A DNA stretch of 64,000 nucleotides from Proteromonas lacertae (Eukaryota): contig NGBS01001163.1 in assembly GCA_002245135.1 (NCBI GenBank), positions 186,001-250,000 on the forward strand, read 5' to 3'. Below, piece after piece: positions 52,188 through 64,000 of the stretch (positions are counted from its first letter, which is position 1; each line of letters begins with the position of its first letter). The translations under genes were made by a program, and so were the position numbers. The notes beneath the pieces are model-generated. The model made no database searches, was not told the DNA's origin, and saw nothing but the letters and a program-made list of their open reading frames with translations.

Positions 52188-55100
52188 ATGAGGGCTGGCA
52201 CTGAAACTAGACTAGAAAAAGGTATTTTATAAATGTTAGTCTAATTTGTAGAAATTAATAGTCTATCAGATGAAATTCTCAATGCCTTGAATAAAGTGTT
52301 TGAACACATAGAAAAAAACTTCTCTATGGTAGATAATTTATATGTACATTCTTTTTATTTAACATTTATAGAGAAAATTGGGAAGTAAAGAACGTGTAGA
52401 AGATTTATGTGTTCTATTAGCCAATGGGACAATACCTCCAACATTTCAGGATTATACAGCTCACGACTGTTGTACAGCAATAAAGAACTGTCTAAATCCA
52501 ATTATTCCACTTTTGTGTTATTATACGTATATATATATATATATATATAATATAATATAATAACTTATAATTTAGAGAGGAAATGAGATCTTACGATTTT
52601 CAAAATGTCGAAACAATGAAGAAGATAATTCAAAAATGTAAAAGTAAAGATGTACTAAAATACAGACTATTAGAAAGACTTGTACAGCATATGGAAAAAG
52701 TATAAAACACTATTTTATCATTATTTAGTTAATATATGGAAATACTACTTCAATTTCAACTTCAGAAGAAGAATTATACCAAAATTTAGGTAATTTAATT
52801 GTCAATGTACCAGCTACAGACTGTCCGCAATCATTTCGATTAGAATTATATGCTCAAATACCAAATATATGTAAATCTTTACTTAATAATTTTCAATATT
52901 TATTTTCTCCACTCTCTCCAGTTTCAGATGATGATTCAGATAAAGAAAATGAACAAATCAAATTACTTAATAAGACTTTAGTAAAAGATGAAGAATTAGA
53001 AGAATTAAAGAAACGTGGAAATGGATGTTTTTCCTTCGGAAGTAATAAAAAGACAAATTATCCACAAATTGAAGATACTCCTGATATAACAGCTTGTTTG
53101 TACGGTTCATTATCTGAATTAATGCTATATATTGAACAGAATTTTTATATTAAAACTGATTTATATGTAAAATCAAATATTGCTTCTACTGTTTTATTAG
53201 ATGTTTTATACAATCCTCCATCAAGGAATATTCCAATTGATTTTTCTAGTTATGATGTTGATGTGTTATTTTCAACATTATTAAAGACTTTTATTACAAT
53301 TGGACCAATAATTACTTATTATACATATGATTTAGTGAAATATAATTTCAGTGATGTAAAATTTGTCAAACAAATGGTTAAGGAATTAAAGAAATTAAAT
53401 CCAATAAAATATGAACTATTATATAGAATAAAATCTCATATAATAGATGTATATATTATTAATAATATATATATATATATAATAGATGTCGAGATTCAGT
53501 GATTATAATTCTTTAACTAAAGATAAATTATGTGAAATAATTGGACCATATTTAATTAAAATTCATCCAAAAGAATGTATTATAACATATATATATATAT
53601 CTTATAATTTTTAATATATAGTTCACAAAAGTGTATTAAATAGTTACAAGAATCAAGGCATTGAAGTCTGTAAATTAATCGTAAATAATAGAGAAATTGA
53701 ACGAATATTACCTGTAAATATCTCAGAACAGTCATTACGTTATGATAATCAACTTCCAGAATCAGCTTATTTACATGATGTAAAAATACAACCATTTTTC
53801 AACAGAGTTTTATTATCTAATTCTTCATCTATTAATAACATGTCTCCAACTACAAGTAAATTTAAATCAAAGGCATCTCCTATCATGTTATCACCAAGAG
53901 GTCCACCACCAACAAAGAAACAATTTCAACAACAACAAAAACAACAACAACAACATACATTGCAACAAGCAATACCATTACCTCCACAACTATCCTCCAC
54001 AATTACACCAGCACCACCATTGAAAACAAAAAGAAAGCTGACAGAAAGTGCTAGGAATAAAATGCATGTAAAAGAATTAACATTCAAAGATTATGATGAT
54101 ATTAATATATTATCATCCATGTATTCTGATGATGGAGGTGTGACTTTTGAACCAACAGATAAATTATTATTAGATCCTCAGCCATCCAATAAAACAATTA
54201 AAATATTGCAACAACAAATATCAGATTATCAAGAGATTATAAATACAAAGAATGATGTTGATGATAGTAAGAATAAAGAAATTGAATTGAATAACAGAAT
54301 AAAAGAATTAGAAGCAGAAGTTTTAACATGGAAAAAGAAATGTAAAGCATCAATTAACAAATTAAAAGAAAAGTTAGAATTAATCAATAAACTGAATGGA
54401 GAAATAAATAGTGATAAAGAATCAACAGAAAAAATGGTAAAAGAGAATTCTGAAATGAAAACTTCCTATAATGCCTTAAAAAGTGATTTAGAAGCTAGTA
54501 GAAAAGAATATGATGAGTTAAACAAAGAGAAGTTTAAAATGAAAAGAGATTATGAAAAAGAAAAAAGAGAACTAAAAGAAGAATACGAAAAGAAAATAGA
54601 AGACATTCAAAAACTGTATGAAAATGAAATGAAGATGAGAATTGAATTATATAACGAATTAGTAAATTTAAGAGGAAATATTCGAGTATATTGTAGAATT
54701 AGGCCTTTGAATAGTTTTATTTCCATTGATAATCAAGTATTAGCACCAATCACTATATTAAACGAATCTGAACTATCAGTTGATAATCTGATGGGTTGTA
54801 CAACTACATATTGTTTTGATAGAATATTCTCAAAAGATTCATCACAAGATGAAGTGTTTGGTGATATTGAAAATTTCATTTTATCTGCTTTAGATGGTTT
54901 TAATGTATGTATTTTTGCCTATGGTCAAACGGGAAGTGGTAAGACATTTACAATGCAAGGAACACTACAGAATCCTGGTATATACAATCATACATTACAG
55001 TTACTGTTTGATAAAATTGAAATTCAAAAACAATACAGTTATCAAGTTTCTATCAGTATAATGGAAATATATAATGATTCCATTCGTGATTTAACTTATC

Positions 55101-55705
55101 CAATAGCCAATAGAAAATCATTAGAAATCAAAACTAAAATATCAGGTGATAATTATGTTGAAGGATTAGTAGAAGTTCCTGTTAGAACATATTCTGATGT
55201 TATTCCTATATTCAATCAAGCTTCTAAGAATAGAAGTGTAGGAGCACATAATCTAAATGAAAGATCATCACGTTCCCATTTAATATTTATTATTACTATC
55301 AATAAAACTAACCCTGTCAATGGAGAAACAAAGCAGAGTCAAATTAATTTAATTGATTTAGCTGGTTCTGAGAGAATATCGAAGACAAAAGCAGAAGGAG
55401 ATAGATTGAAGGAAGCACAATATATTAATAAGAGTTTGAGTGCATTAGGAGAAGTGATTAACCATTTAAGTAGTCATTCAAAGCATATACCATTCCGAAA
55501 TTCTAAACTTACTCATTTTTTGCAGCAATCACTAACAAGCGATTCAAAAGTTGCAATGTTTGTCACAATCAATCCTCATATTGATCAGTTGTCAGAATCG
55601 ATATGCTCATTGCAGTTTGCAAATAGATGTAAAGAGGTTGAAATAAATCAAGCAAAGAGAATCGTTTCTCGATATGCAATAGATCAAAAAGCCACATCTA
55701 CTTAA
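52188..55705 (+). CDS. RhoGAP-RhoGAP-coiled coil-kinesin-14 fusion protein
   Basis: Six canonical introns give one stop-free frame into ORF 53840; RhoGAP-like NLYRKLGSKERV and DVDVLFSTLLKTF; neck LRGNIRVYCRIRP, AYGQTGSGKT, NERSSRSH, DLAGSER, HIPFRNSKLT at the C-terminus. Confidence 0.8.
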
Positions 55706-56008
55706 AGGTACCTATTATTTGCATTATTTTTTTATTGAATTTGTTGAGTATGCTCAGCAAAAGGGGGATATAAACACATGCCATAGAAGATTGTAAGATA
55801 TTCGAAAAATAGAATGGTTTGGATTGTTTCACTACGAGCCAAGCCCAAAATTGTATTTTTGAAACTCACATTTCTAACTGCTTTGTAACTGATAACTAGA
55901 TTCCTCTTCTTTTATCAATAATTTATATATTTTATTATTAGTTTTATTTATATTCTTATTTTTATTGCATTTTTGAACTAAACCTACCTCAGTTTACTTA
56001 TAGAAACA

Positions 56009-56590
56009 ATGCCATCGAAAAAAATACCTACAGATAAACGACGTAATCCAGTCAAGAAGTGGGTTGCAGACGAAGATGAGTTGTTAAGAAGGTTGATAGG
56101 CCAGTATGGCGATCAAAGCTGGACAACAATAGCGAGTCACATCCCAGGACGTAATGGTAAGCAATGCCGTGAGAGGTGGCACAACCATGTTAATCCTAAC
56201 ATTAACAAGGGAGAATGGTCCAATGAAGAAGAAGAAGTTCTGATCAAAGCTCATAGAATACTTGGAAATAAATGGGCAGAAATTGCATTACAGTTACCTG
56301 GAAGAACTGATAATGCAATAAAGAATCATTGGAATACAACTCGAAGACGTGCAGATGGCACATTCAAAACAACACCAAGAACTCCTAAATTGAAGGTAGA
56401 GCATAGTTCAGAATCTCCTGTGACTATAGTGTATGCAGGAAATTCAATTCCTCAATTTCGACAATTAAATTTCGAGAGTGAAGAGATAGATAGAAAAATT
56501 CCTAAAGATAGTAATAGCTGTTGTACATATAGCGCTGATTGTCCATTGTCTGTTCTTGTAGATATTGCAATGGAAATGTCGCATATTTAG
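56009..56590 (+). CDS. Two-repeat (R2R3-type) MYB transcription factor
   Basis: [54 protein letters not shown]. Confidence 0.95.
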   Translation: MPSKKIPTDKRRNPVKKWVADEDELLRRLIGQYGDQSWTTIASHIPGRNGKQCRERWHNHVNPNINKGEWSNEEEEVLIKAHRILGNKWAEIALQLPGRTDNAIKNHWNTTRRRADGTFKTTPRTPKLKVEHSSESPVTIVYAGNSIPQFRQLNFESEEIDRKIPKDSNSCCTYSADCPLSVLVDIAMEMSHI

Positions 56591-56829
56591 ACTTATTATT
56601 TAGCTGAGTTAGTTCGTGTTGAATTACATCATGATTTAGTTCATGATTTATTTAGTTTATTCATCTATTATTATTATTGTTATATATATATTTCTCATAT
56701 TTATGATAACCTCTTATTTTTTTTATTTTTTTGAATTGTATTTATGGGGAGTGTTTTAATTAACAAGCTTATGAATTAGCAGATAATAATAATTATTATA
56801 TATGTATATTATAAGAATGATTTTATCAT

Positions 56830-59118
56830 TTACTTTTCACCTTCTTCACCACCACCTTCTTCCTCCTCCTCTTCTGGTTCATCATGTCCTATAGCATCAG
56901 CAGCACTTCTAAGAAAATGAACAACTAATGGACGAGGTAAATTCTTCAATCTACCAATAATCTCACCATATGTCAAATGAATAACAGATTCATTGTCTAT
57001 TTTACTAACAATATCTCCAATCTGTATCATTTTGCTCTTCTCAGCTTGCAATTTCTTCTTAAATGAACCTTTATTGAATTTTGATACTTTTGCTGATCCT
57101 TTTTGTTCAACTTCTTTTTCTGTATTTAATAACACAATACCAAGCGGACCTTCTTGGAATGTAAATGAATACTCAACGTAACTATCATCATTTTCACCAT
57201 CTTTATCATCATCTCCTAATAAGTCATTATTAGATGAAATATCTGTGATTGCTGTACCATCTCCTTTAATTACCTTTTCATCTATACCAATAATTTCGAC
57301 TAATGTTGGCCAATATTGACTCATTATTCCATTCATTGGACCTAATAATGCATCTGTTTTTTCTACTAATGTTTCGATTAAAGTTGATTCGATCTTTTGT
57401 TTTACAGTACTTTGGAATAGAGATATCTAATAATTAAAAAATAATAGATTTAATAAATATACTAATAAATTAAAGACCCAAGATAATGAACTACCTTTAA
57501 TCTCTAACTTCAATGTATCTAATTGAACATATGGATATCTCATCTTCAACACAGGCTTATCATCTTCAACAGTAACTAAGAATTGAACTCCGAATTTAGT
57601 TTTTTCACTAAAACAATCAGCAGTACCTGATCCTTTAACTGGACCTTTCTTATAAGACCATTTCAAATCAGTGATTGTAAACTTTATCTTTGTTGCGGCT
57701 AATCTTAAAATTGATCCATTTAATGCACCATGATTTAAATCTAAAGCAACTTTAACATGATCACTCTTTACATGAAATCCACCTAAACTTAGATTTTCTA
57801 ATTGATAATCAACTCCTTTCTTTGTGCCTGTAATAACTGGAACTTGGATTTTTGGTAAATACTATTTAAAATAATAATGATAAATATTATATACTTGTAA
57901 TAAGAAATTAAGTGCAGTATCTTTAATTGATGTAATAAATTCATCTCTCTTTTTATCATCTTTTCTCAATTCCTCCAACTTATCTTTACTCTTTTCTAAT
58001 AGTTTTTCTACACCACCATCTTCTTCTACTTTCTTCATCATATCCAATCCTTTATTCATCAAATTCTTTGCTGTTTCATCCTTTTGAATTGTTTCTAAGA
58101 TATCTAATCCTTTCTTTGTTATCATTTCTTTATTCTCTAAGGCTTTATCCAATAAAGCATCTCCTTGTTTTGCCACTTTTCCTACCTGTTCATTGACATT
58201 TACATCTTTCAATTTATCTTGAGCTTTTGTCACTAAATCTTTGCCTTTATTTTCAACACTTTCATCTGTTGCTAAATTCACTGTTTTATCAACTAATTCT
58301 TCACCTTTTTGCATTAAAGTATCATGTTTCTCTTCCCATGTTTTCTTTAATTTCTCCATTATATCTTTGGCTGTTTTTGACTCAGCAAACTCTGTGGCAA
58401 GCTTTTTGCTTGTTTCAACTAATTCTTTTCCTTCTTCACTGTTTAATAACTCTTGAGCTTGAGCTTTTGTTTTTTCTATTAATATTTTGCTATTTTCATC
58501 TTCTGTATAAGCTGCTAATGCATTCTTGGCTTTATCTATTACTTCTTTATTCTCTTCAGCTAATTCTCCTAATTTTTCTTTCATTTTGTCTAAAGCTTCT
58601 GTATTTTTCATAATTTCCTTCATTTTATTCCTTAACTGTGGATTCTTAGCTAAGATATCCTTTCCTTTAATCATTATTCTATCTTTTACTTCATTTCCTA
58701 TTTGTAACAATCCATGTTCTTGTAATAGATCAGTTCCTTTCTTTTGCCATTGTTCTTTCTTATCTTCTGGTAATTTGGCTAATAACTTACTTCTTAAACG
58801 CTCTGTTTCTTGTTGTAACCATTTCAAACTCTCCATTTCTTCCTCAGAAGTATCATCACCACTTAACTTGTCTTTCAATTCAATGTTTGCCATTTCGGCT
58901 GTCATGGTTAGAAGCTTCTCTTCAATCTTTTCTACATCAGAACCACTTGAGCCACTATCATTACTTTTGACAGATTCTGTATCAGATACATCTTCATTTT
59001 CACCTGTGCCTGGTGTTGGAGTAGCTTCAGCTGACTCATTAACTGGTTCTGGTATAGGTGGTGCTAGATTTTCATCAACAACTACTGGTGCTTCTGGTTG
59101 GGCTGTTTGGTCACTCAT
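56830..59118 (-). CDS. Helical N-terminus + BPI/TULIP-like domain + PDZ domain protein
   Basis: Two introns join three ORFs; LPKIQVP..YQLENL..KWSY..GSGTAD..GSSLSWVFNLL; PDZ FQEGPLGI..IGDIVSKIDNESV..PRPLVVHF. Confidence 0.7.
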
Positions 59119-59276
59119 TTCACTCTTAATTCAAAATTAAAAAAAGAAAAGAAATCCAAGCTAAGCTTGCTTTAATTAATAAAAACCTAGTCGTTTTAAG
59201 TTTATTAAAAGTGTGTTTTTCTTGTTTTATCTGTCATTTTCTTGATATTTAAGCATATTCTTATTAACTTATAATC

Positions 59277-61064
59277 ATGAATACACGCTTTTGTTATATA
59301 ATATTTGTGAACATTTTTATTTTCAAGTTTATTTTTGGATTAGAAGAGGAATTCATTAGTGTAGTGTTGAATAGCAGTATGAAAATACCAAGTAAAGTTC
59401 AACCAATAATTATCAATGCTACATTCTCAGAACCAATCGAATTTCTTGATTTAGACAAAATAAGGATACAGAATGGCTTTATAAACAACTATGAAGAGAT
59501 AAATGAAAGTATTTACTCATTTGAGTTTTATCCTTACGATACTTGGGAAACTTCAACACTTGTATTAGATGTAGGTGCAGGAGTAACAAATGAATCAATC
59601 TACTCCAATAAATCAAACAAATTCTTCCCTCAATCACGCTTATATATTGAAAATCTATCATTAACCAATATGGATCAACCATTTAAGCTATGGTGGCCAA
59701 ATTTCCAATTATATCAGTCATATTTTAGTAGATACTTAATATTTACTGTAAAAGGAACAGCTGATCTCTCGATAGCATTTAGTAATTATTTAAATACATC
59801 AGATTTTATGTATATAGTCAGATTTATTCAATCAACTCATCCACACAAAATAAGAATAGAAAAAATCGTTGATGGTGAAATTGATAAATACATAGAAGAA
59901 GATATATCTTATAGTGAAGATTTATTAAACACATATCAGTTTTGGGATTCAACGTTAATGGGAAATCAGTTAGGAATAATGAGTATGGATTATTCATCAG
60001 AGAATTATGTATTAGACGATGATTTACCAATTCCATTCAGTTATTTCTCATTTTCAGTAGAAGGAGAAGGTAGGAGTGATATTATCGATATTGATTATAC
60101 AAGAAATGACAAACAAATGATAATATATATGGAATTTGAAGCTGATACAAGTAAAGCTCCAATCCATCTAAATGTAATGTCAACAAGACCATTTACTTCA
60201 TTTAAATACAACTATATAACCGTAGAAAATTGTTTTGTTGAATATAGTGAAGAATCTACAAGGAATGATTATTTATTATTAGTGGTAGTTCCAAGAGGTG
60301 ATGCAAATAGTTGTACTATCTCAACAGATAAAGCTTTATTAACAATTGATGGACAGTTTTATAATTTCACTCAAGATGCTCTTGATTTTGACCAAACTTA
60401 TATTTCTAGTTATGATATTACTATTCCTCGTGTTATTGGTTATGATATGATGTATAGAAACTGGGGAACTTCAGAAAATAAAATGATTTATACTGTTTTT
60501 AAATTGACAAGTGTATCTCCTAATCCTTCAACAACATTGGGATTTTTTTCTTCACTTTATAATGTTCCAATGTTTTATAGAATTGTTATGAATGAATCAA
60601 CTACAATTGAAGTATGTTTTACTATTTATTGTCAAGCATTTGCTACTACTAATTATTCAGTTTATCAAGAGGTGAAAAACACGCTTTGGGCTACTTGTGA
60701 TTCATTTAAAAATGGTCAAACAATTATTAAAATAGGAAAAGGAGATGTGATTGATGAGAATTTAATTCTTAATTATACTATTACAGAAACTGTCACTTAT
60801 GTTCATTATTTCTCGTTTTCTATATTAGGTGATGGTCCAGCGTTTATTACTGATATTATATCCAACCATATTCCATATCCACTACCTACAGACCCACCTG
60901 AACCAGTTCATCCTAATTACAACACTGTTGTGATTTATATTGTTATATTAATAGCAATTAGTTTTATTTTAATAATGACACTACTGGGAGTGTGTGTAAG
61001 AATAACGAAAGAGCAGAATCCACAATTAGTTGTTCCATTGATTAGTCCAAGAGAATATATATAG
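59277..61064 (+). CDS. Type I membrane protein with bacterial Ig-like-type domains
   Basis: Signal-peptide-like start, ATFSEPI..IRIQNG Ig-like motif, internal duplication (two YFSFS.GxG.x.I.DI motifs), Pro-rich stalk, one C-terminal TM helix; intronless. Confidence 0.7.
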   Translation: MNTRFCYIIFVNIFIFKFIFGLEEEFISVVLNSSMKIPSKVQPIIINATFSEPIEFLDLDKIRIQNGFINNYEEINESIYSFEFYPYDTWETSTLVLDVGAGVTNESIYSNKSNKFFPQSRLYIENLSLTNMDQPFKLWWPNFQLYQSYFSRYLIFTVKGTADLSIAFSNYLNTSDFMYIVRFIQSTHPHKIRIEKIVDGEIDKYIEEDISYSEDLLNTYQFWDSTLMGNQLGIMSMDYSSENYVLDDDLPIPFSYFSFSVEGEGRSDIIDIDYTRNDKQMIIYMEFEADTSKAPIHLNVMSTRPFTSFKYNYITVENCFVEYSEESTRNDYLLLVVVPRGDANSCTISTDKALLTIDGQFYNFTQDALDFDQTYISSYDITIPRVIGYDMMYRNWGTSENKMIYTVFKLTSVSPNPSTTLGFFSSLYNVPMFYRIVMNESTTIEVCFTIYCQAFATTNYSVYQEVKNTLWATCDSFKNGQTIIKIGKGDVIDENLILNYTITETVTYVHYFSFSILGDGPAFITDIISNHIPYPLPTDPPEPVHPNYNTVVIYIVILIAISFILIMTLLGVCVRITKEQNPQLVVPLISPREYI

Positions 61065-61208
61065 ATATTTTATGTTATTTGTTATATATCTTTAATACAA
61101 ATATATGTTTTTTATAGTCATTTTCTTATATTTAGTGAATTATAAAAATTTAGACAAAATCTAATTAATTAGTTGAGAATACCTGCTAAATTATGAAACT
61201 ATAACATA

Positions 61209-63054
61209 TTAAAAATAAATAGATATATCATATACACTTTCAGACATTACATGTGTAAATTTCGTAACAACATGATTTTCACCACAGCAAATTCTAGCGA
61301 TTCTATCTCCTTCTTCTATATTGCTTATTATACCTCTTATCTCCTCTCCATGTCCATCACTTCCATCTTCTCTGAATGTAACAACAAATTCTCTTATGAA
61401 CATCACATATAACATCAATTGCGATAACATCTCCCTGCCTAATATATATTTATAACAATTCACTATTTTTTTCCAATAAATTAAAAATTCTTCATGAGAT
61501 CTGTTCTGCATCAGCAACACCACATACATCATATAAATTCTAATAGATTTTGCATTATATGGATTTAGAACTAACATATCATTAGAATTTACAATTTGCT
61601 TTACTATATTGCAAGCTTCACTTTCATTGTGTTGTATAACACTTCTTGCAACATCAAAAAATTCTGAAACTTTTCTATATTTATTCAATAAATATTCTTT
61701 TTCATATATTTTCTTACATTTTATACATTCATATTTACTCTTATCTTCTTCTTTTATAGTTAATTCATACTTACAATCATTGCAATAATAACCACATAAA
61801 TATCTATCCATTGATTTCTCTAAAGGAGTTTGACATCTCAAGCATTTACAATTGAAATTATAATTATCCAATAAAAACTTTTGTCGGTGTTCCCTTGTTT
61901 CATATTCCTCTACATAAGAACAGGTTATTTCTTCACCTATTTTAATATCACAAACAGCTCTAAACTCTATTAATCTTCCATTGTTCTTTGTACAATAAAC
62001 ACTATTAGGAAGACAAGAATGGTTGATAAATATTGCACCTGGATAATAAGCAATACCAAAATGAATAAATGATATAGATGATAAATATTTGAAATTGTAC
62101 TTTACGACTAATATGAGTTTCTTAATTGTTACTTTATCTACTCTCATTTCTATTTTATATATAAGTGAATAATTTATATACTTATAGGTATTACTTGTAG
62201 TAAAACATTAGCTAAGTAATTCAATGCGTTTGCTATTGTTTCATTACCTATTAATTCGTCATAGTGACTTTCTCCTTCCATTATATTCTTAAATCGAAAA
62301 TTTGATACTATTTCGTCTATTTAATTTATAAATAATAAGTATTGTTATAATACCTGGATTAATAATATGTTCCTCTTTATATTTATAACACAGTATTGCT
62401 ATCACTAGTTTCAATATTGCTGAATCATAAGAAAAAGAATTATTTGTTAATCCTCTATTAGAAAAATAAAATAAAAAATATATATACTGTGGTCCATATT
62501 TTGAGTTTATATTAAATAACAAGTCAACTCCTGGGTAGTTTATTTTATCCAAGACTAAGTGGTCAATATCCTCAATATTATCACAGATTATGTTGTGAAA
62601 TTTCTCATTTTCACTTTTACATTTAGAACTGCAATAAATTATTTGGTGACAATTATCACATTCTATTTCCTGTGAGTCGTCGTCAATATTTTCAAAACAA
62701 GTAGGACATCTATCGTCATTTCCTTTTTCTAAAGCAGTACCATAGCTTTCAGATGACATGATAAATGAACCCTTATTGATATTACGTGTAGCAACTAAAC
62801 ACCTACCAATTCCTGATATAATCACTACTCTAACTGGAAGATCCTTACTATTAATCCACTCAATCAAATTTGTCTTAATTCTACTTTCTTCCTTTTCTTT
62901 ATACTGGTTACACATCTTTTTATGTTTATTCCAATCGTTCTTCTGACAATCACTATGAATATATTCATATTCTATACCTATTACAGTAGTGCACAAATTT
63001 GCATTTGCCACAGGTTGATTTAGCACCACTTTTACCGCAATTCTGACAAAACAT
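61209..63054 (-). CDS. SET and MYND domain protein (SMYD family) with extra N-terminal MYND finger
   Basis: MFCQNCGKSG..CGKC..YCN..CQKNDWNKHKKMC, GRCLVATRNI, second MYND, FINHSCLPN, GEEITCSY, FNCKCLRC. Confidence 0.88.
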
Positions 63055-63168
63055 CGATTAGAAAAAGAATTAGAAAAGTTGTGGTAATTTACCAAACATG
63101 CTTGACACAAATTTACATAAATCAGTAAAAATTAAAAGAAATGAAATAATTAAAGAATAATAATTAAA

Positions 63169-64000
63169 TTAAAGCGAATCTTGACTATCAGTATCTTCTA
63201 AATCAACATCATCAAAATTATACTCAACATTGTTTCTTTTAAGCAATTCTGCTGTAGAAGGAAGAAATCTCAATACAGGATATTTATCAGGTGTTAATAA
63301 ACTAAATCTATTAATTGATAATGATCTATTTCCCATTGGAGTAACAGGATTACTTGATGAATCTGAATCTACTGGAGGTGATTGATGTGGAAGATTATCA
63401 TAATTCAATAACACTTGAGATGGAGTTTTTCTGGCAGATACATCTAATCGATTAACAAACCTCCCCGCAGGCATAGGGTCTGGTGATTTTATATTCAAAG
63501 ATGAGTTTCTATAATTCATTACTCTAAGACTTCTTCGATTTATAAATACTACATCACTTTGTCTATGTGGACTTCTAGTTTAAATAATAATATGAATTTA
63601 TATACTCATTATCATTAACAGCAGCTTCTCTTCTTTGAGGAATATTACTTCCATTCATAAATGCATTATATTGTCTTATTAAATTTTGATTATTATTTTG
63701 ATTATTTTCTACCATTTCTATTGAATGTTTAGATTCTTCCATCGATTCTGCTTTTTCTTTTCTTATTGCTAATAACTTTGGTCCTAACTGTGTTATTATG
63801 ATTGCTAAACAACCTAAAAGAATGCTAATTCCTCTTAATGTTAAAGTTGCATCAGGTTGATCAGTTAGTAGAAAATCCATTGGAATAACAATGAAAGAAA
63901 TAAAAACTATTTAAATATATTAATATATATATATATACATATAATTCCTATTGTTAAACCTAAACTTTTTGATTCATTAAATTCTGGTTGAATGTTTCTA
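63169..64000 (-). CDS. C-terminal part of a class C (7tm_3, GABA-B-like) GPCR, truncated by window end
   Basis: RNIQPEFNESKSLGLTI, two TM helices ending GPKLL, cytoplasmic Ser-rich tail. Confidence 0.75.

Noticed and set aside
52527..52575. (TA)n tracts (also near 19848, 46404, 53449, 63920)
   Set aside because: Ordinary slippage microsatellites inside introns
55740..55761. 9-bp hairpin TTTGTTGAG-TATG-CTCAGCAAA after the kinesin stop
   Set aside because: Single short stem with no other support
1..64000. Alternative genetic code or stop readthrough
   Set aside because: Long conserved ORFs are stop-free under the standard code and all three stops terminate genes; most breaks are introns

Overview
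Very AT-rich, gene-dense eukaryotic nuclear DNA with about 33 protein-coding genes, short intergenic spacers and many tiny spliceosomal introns (mostly 23-45 nt, GTAT...TAG), so most ORF-track entries are exons that I spliced by hand. Intron size, gene families and TGTTTGTT elements behind several stop codons point to a Blastocystis-like anaerobic stramenopile (inference). Recognisable genes: TMEM138, TBCE, transketolase, ARL6/BBS3-like GTPase, DONSON, Ran, SMC5, kinesin-14, two-repeat MYB, SMYD, class C GPCR. Most notable observations: (1) a single gene joining two RhoGAP-like domains to a C-terminal kinesin-14 motor; (2) an 877-bp Tc1/mariner-type MITE inserted in a 32-nt intron, making it 911 nt; (3) seven or eight reading-frame breaks that are all +1, including two in SMC5 (assembly error, odd introns or recoding); (4) a recurrent TCAAGC(C/T) core-promoter-like motif; (5) a RuvC-type resolvase with a long charged tail; (6) a candidate AT-AG intron; (7) cilium-associated genes. 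All family assignments come from motif recognition by eye, not database searches.
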